A stretch of 52,293 nucleotides of DNA, counting the filler, from Basidiobolus ranarum (Eukaryota): the NCBI GenBank assembly GCA_040143965.1. It is 3 parts of 3 records of this genome, joined end to end, with 100 filler letters (N's around TTAATTAATTAA, not from the genome) between each part and the next. Parts side by side here need not be neighbours in the genome. Positions count along the whole stretch, not along the records: positions 34,972 to 52,293 come from JASJQH010000307.1; 2 more parts are not named here. One strand, 5' to 3'. This document shows positions 48,732 to 52,293 of this stretch, piece by piece. Position numbers and translations under genes: made by a program. The notes beneath the pieces are model-generated. The model did no database searches. It worked only from the letters and a program-made list of their open reading frames with translations, and was not told the origin of the DNA. Position 1 is the stretch's first letter. Each line of letters starts with the position of its first letter.

Positions 48732-50200
48732 ATGATGATTTATACTCAGCGGCCATGCACTTCTGGAGAAGAGAATCAAAGCACCAACGAAGAAACTATT
48801 CCAAATAAAAGCGATGGAGTTATTTGGATAGAAGGTTTTAATAGAGTATTTTTATTTTCTAGTTTAATGTATATATTCAAAAGGTATTTTCCATTTAGAA
48901 GGTTCTCAAAATGAAACAATATCAACCCCGAAAGTTAGGAAGCTACCATCAAAGCAACATAATTCATCCTCGGTGATTTCTCTTGTTGACGATAATGATG
49001 ATGTTGAATTCTTGAAGGAAATTGTTCATTCAACAGAGAACAGGTATGCTATGAGAGTGTGCCTTATTGTTTGATACTTATCAATATACTAGATTAAATA
49101 GACAAAACGCTTTCTCGGAACATGCCTATAGTGATAACGATGTGACATTAACACCTCCCCCAAAGCACCATATTGAGGAAGATAGTAATGGTGGCACGAA
49201 GTAATTATATTTTAGATTCACTATCATTGGTTTCGGTAACTTATAGGGTTAAGTTGGCAAGTAGATGTAGAATTTGACAAGATTAAAAGAAGTCTTCAGG
49301 CATCTGCAGATAGTGAAATTCTAGTGCCTATTCCGAAGTATGATTTGGAACCTGAGTTACAAGCAATTGCATTCAAGTGTGAGAAGAAATACAAAGAGGC
49401 GAAATCAAAGCAAAACGGTTCGAAGGTGGAGATTATGGTCAAGCCAATGTCTAATCCTCGTGTATCGTATGAAACAGATAATAAGGCTTTCAATATGATT
49501 CGTGACATACCTCTAAAGTTTTCGATGTTTTCGGTAACACGATGTAGTACAACTTATTTACCTTACTAATCTGACATAAAGTGTAAATTTTTAGAGCGAT
49601 CCGTTTGAGAAACTTATCAACGCTTATAGTATAGGGAAAATGACGACACCAGATAGAGTGATATTAACATATAATGAAGTGCGAGTTTTTCCTCATGCAA
49701 CTCCTCAAAGCTTAGGGATGAGCAACCAGGTTAAACTTGGTGAGTTTTAGTTACCAGATGGTAGTAAACAACATAAAATTGCTTACACTGTACTAGATGC
49801 ATATAGTAAAGAGCACTTTGAATTAGCTCAAATCCAAAAGAAGCGACGTTTAAAGAAAGATTTAGGAGAGATTCTTGAGGATGAATCATCAACTCTCACG
49901 ATAAGGCTTAAATACAAAGACGATAAAGCTGACCATCTACGGGTTAAACCGGTAAAAAATATTTTTAAAGTTATGACTTTCTACTTTACAAGTTTATCTC
50001 ATGGGATGTGGGTATTAATGTAATAGACTACCAAACTCAAACAAATTGTTGAAACTTATAAACGACAAAAAGAAATCGCTTCAACAGATCTAGTTGACTT
50101 GATTTTTGATGGTGTAAAGTTAAATCTCGACTTGACACTTGAAGAAACAGAAATTGAGGATGGAGATCTAGTTTCTGTATCCTTTACAGTTAGCGCTTAA
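48732..50200 (+). CDS. Rad60/Esc2/NIP45-family protein with two SUMO-like domains, multi-exon
   Basis: SIM-like VISLVDDNDD; DLEPELQA; SLD1 SDPFEKLINAY...VILTYNEVRVFPHATPQSLGM; SLD2 TTKLKQIVETY...LIFDGVKLNLDLTLEETEIEDGDLVSV. Start codon and the exon 3/4 junction are uncertain. Confidence 0.8.
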
Positions 50201-50776
50201 ACAGTACCTTTATTATATGCTACTTTGCCTTTAAATAATATTGCATACTTTCAATAAATAGATTAACGAGATATTCATCGTCAATAGTAGCAAACCATCT
50301 AACAGAATATTTACTCAGTATGGAAGATTGATGAAAATTGAAATCAGATATTAGTCGACCTGGCCCTTCTTTCTAAGGATCCCGAGAATCCTTAGGATTT
50401 TCTCTAGGTTAATTTTTTTCTTATCAGGCGAATTATCACCGTCTGCTAGGATCTAAGAAAATAATTTATATGATACTATTGTTTATCAAGTACAACCTCC
50501 TACTATTACTCTGTTCTTTCAGGAGCTAAATATTCTCGACACTTTCACTGCTAATAGTGGCAAAAGCAATCTTGAGCAAGATTTTACTTCAGTGCAACGG
50601 AAGCCCGAGAAGCTCGTTCCTACTCATTGTTTTAGAGACTTATTTAAACTGAGGTTTTCTATCATACTTCAACATATTTGCGTTGACCATTGTATTATCC
50701 TCCTGAAAGTTGAAGTAGGTAGTCAGAAGTGTGATATTTGGTTTTATTTGTCCTTTTCAAATTAAGTAAATTTAGA

Positions 50777-52293
50777 ATGGACGAAGGTTATTACGACGTT
50801 ACACACCCCATTCCTTCAAACTTTCATGAAATAACCGTTGCTCACCTATTGGATCCAGCCTTTAACCCTGATCAAGTTCTCTGGGAACTTAGTTCGGAGC
50901 AACTTGAACTCATTGAGAAAACCCTGATAAAAGTCAAAAAGCAACGTCTGGACATATTGAAATATACTAAAGATGGGCGAGTTACCAAACCAGTTGCGGC
51001 CCGAGCCAAACTAGAGGTTGACTTTCCCAAGGATTTGAGCCCGCAGAAAGTGAATCAAAGCAACGCTATATACAAGGAACCAACCACTTTTATTCGAGAT
51101 GGAATTGAATGGGTGTCTTTCTATTATTCACACAATCGACGCTTGCAAAAATACGAAATTAGAACGGATGTTGAGAAGGTTAATCTTGAGGATTTAGATC
51201 ACAAATCGAAGCAGGAAAATTGTGTAAATATTTCATTTATTTCGTATTTTGAATGGTTTTTGATCCCTCTCCTCCCGCCCTCTGTTTATACATAATCTAT
51301 GATATACACTAATGGTGATATTGAAGCTGATCCATGTGTATTTCAGCAATTCCCACAATTGATTTCATTTCGTTGATTTCAATGATCCTGTTGTTGACGA
51401 TCCTTTTGCCCGGCTTTGTTTTACTGGCCATGGCATTGTTCGGTATATCTAGGTTTACCCACGAGCTTTCTGCACCAAAGATGAATACAAAGGGAATCGA
51501 TGGGCCTACGAGACTGAATGTAATCAATTGGGTTGGAAGCTGGCTTACCTCAACCTCGACCAAATTGGTGGAAAGCGTGGCTTGATACAACGTGCTGTAG
51601 ACAGTTATCGTAATCGATATCCTGGCTTGCGTTCAAGAAGGGTAACCCGCCAAGAAAAAATCATGAATGGAACCCTACGCCGTCGTAAACCAAGAGGCTC
51701 AGTGTCGAATATTGACTGCTCAGCCTCATGTACCTCATCGTCTTCGTCTGATAGTCCAAAAACCATTCTCGATGGCGACAGTCTTTTGTATCAAGATCTA
51801 TTTACAGGAAAGTCGTGGGCTCTTCGCATCAATTTAGCCGACGTTGATTTAAGTGAGATTGATTCTGCATTTAAGCAGAGAAACTGTGTATTCCCAAGAT
51901 CAGCCTTCGTAAACAAAGATCCCTATGTTAATTCCCATAGAGCCGATGAAGTGGCTTGCAACGAAATTGCTTGGAAACTGGTAAGCGCATAGTCCATGAT
52001 ATTTACCACTTTCCCCTTACATTACCCGCATTTTGTTTAATATTAATCATTACAGGCATGGCTCAACCCACACCTATTGACTGGAAAGAAAGGAACCCTG
52101 CAGCGGGTTCTTGATCTTTATCGTTCCAAATTCACCACTCAATTGAAACCACGACCCGGAAAATTCAATCTTGTGAAACCCCTACACTCCCCTTCCGATG
52201 GGCATCGATCTCAAGAAGTCAGCAGTTCACCAAACTTCTCCCCACCTAGATCAGCAATGACCAATACGAATTCCGAATCTCCGAGCGTTTCCT
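50777..52293 (+). CDS. Uncharacterised fungal protein with two tandem copies of a conserved ~95-aa domain; 3'-truncated
   Basis: Copy 1: YEIRTDVEKVNLEDL...ENC|VYPRA...YETECNQLGWKLAYLN...GKRGLIQRAVDSYR. Copy 2: LRINLADVDLSEI...NCVFPRS...EVACNEIAWKL|AWLN...GKKGTLQRVLDLYR. Introns at 51224-51452 and about 51981-52055. Confidence 0.85.

Noticed and set aside
1..52293. CRISPR arrays, tRNA/rRNA genes, intact transposons, secondary-metabolite or horizontally transferred gene clusters
   Set aside because: None seen. The ACSL and P450 genes are on different contigs and are flanked by housekeeping genes.

Overview
Eukaryotic fungal genomic DNA: AT-rich, with short GT-AG introns of mostly 55-90 nt. The proteins resemble those of an early-diverging fungus (Zoopagomycota/Mucoromycota; Basidiobolus-like is my impression only). 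The window is three contigs (1-17434, 17535-34871, 34972-52293) joined by artificial N44-TTAATTAATTAA-N44 linkers, so adjacency across the gaps is not meaningful. Contig 1: 5' end of a GH20 hexosaminidase, an orphan spliced gene, PSF1, DIS3/RRP44, a 102-aa protein made only of the Nug1/GNL3 N-terminal domain, RPS22, CWC25, UBA1 and PEX39. Contig 2: a Sel1-repeat protein, a PA-TM-RING E3 ligase, RPN13 and a long-chain acyl-CoA synthetase. Contig 3: RPL2 (truncated), CTR9, TAF4, ATP14, LSM4, a cytochrome P450, a Rad60/Esc2 SUMO-like protein and an uncharacterised protein with a tandemly duplicated domain. The content is mostly housekeeping, and I see no multi-gene novel system. The best leads are the GTPase-less Nug1 N-terminal microprotein, an apparent GT-CG intron in RPN13, the duplicated-domain protein and a repeated short motif in the CTR9 tail. 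All gene models were spliced by eye and all family assignments are from recalled motifs, not database searches.
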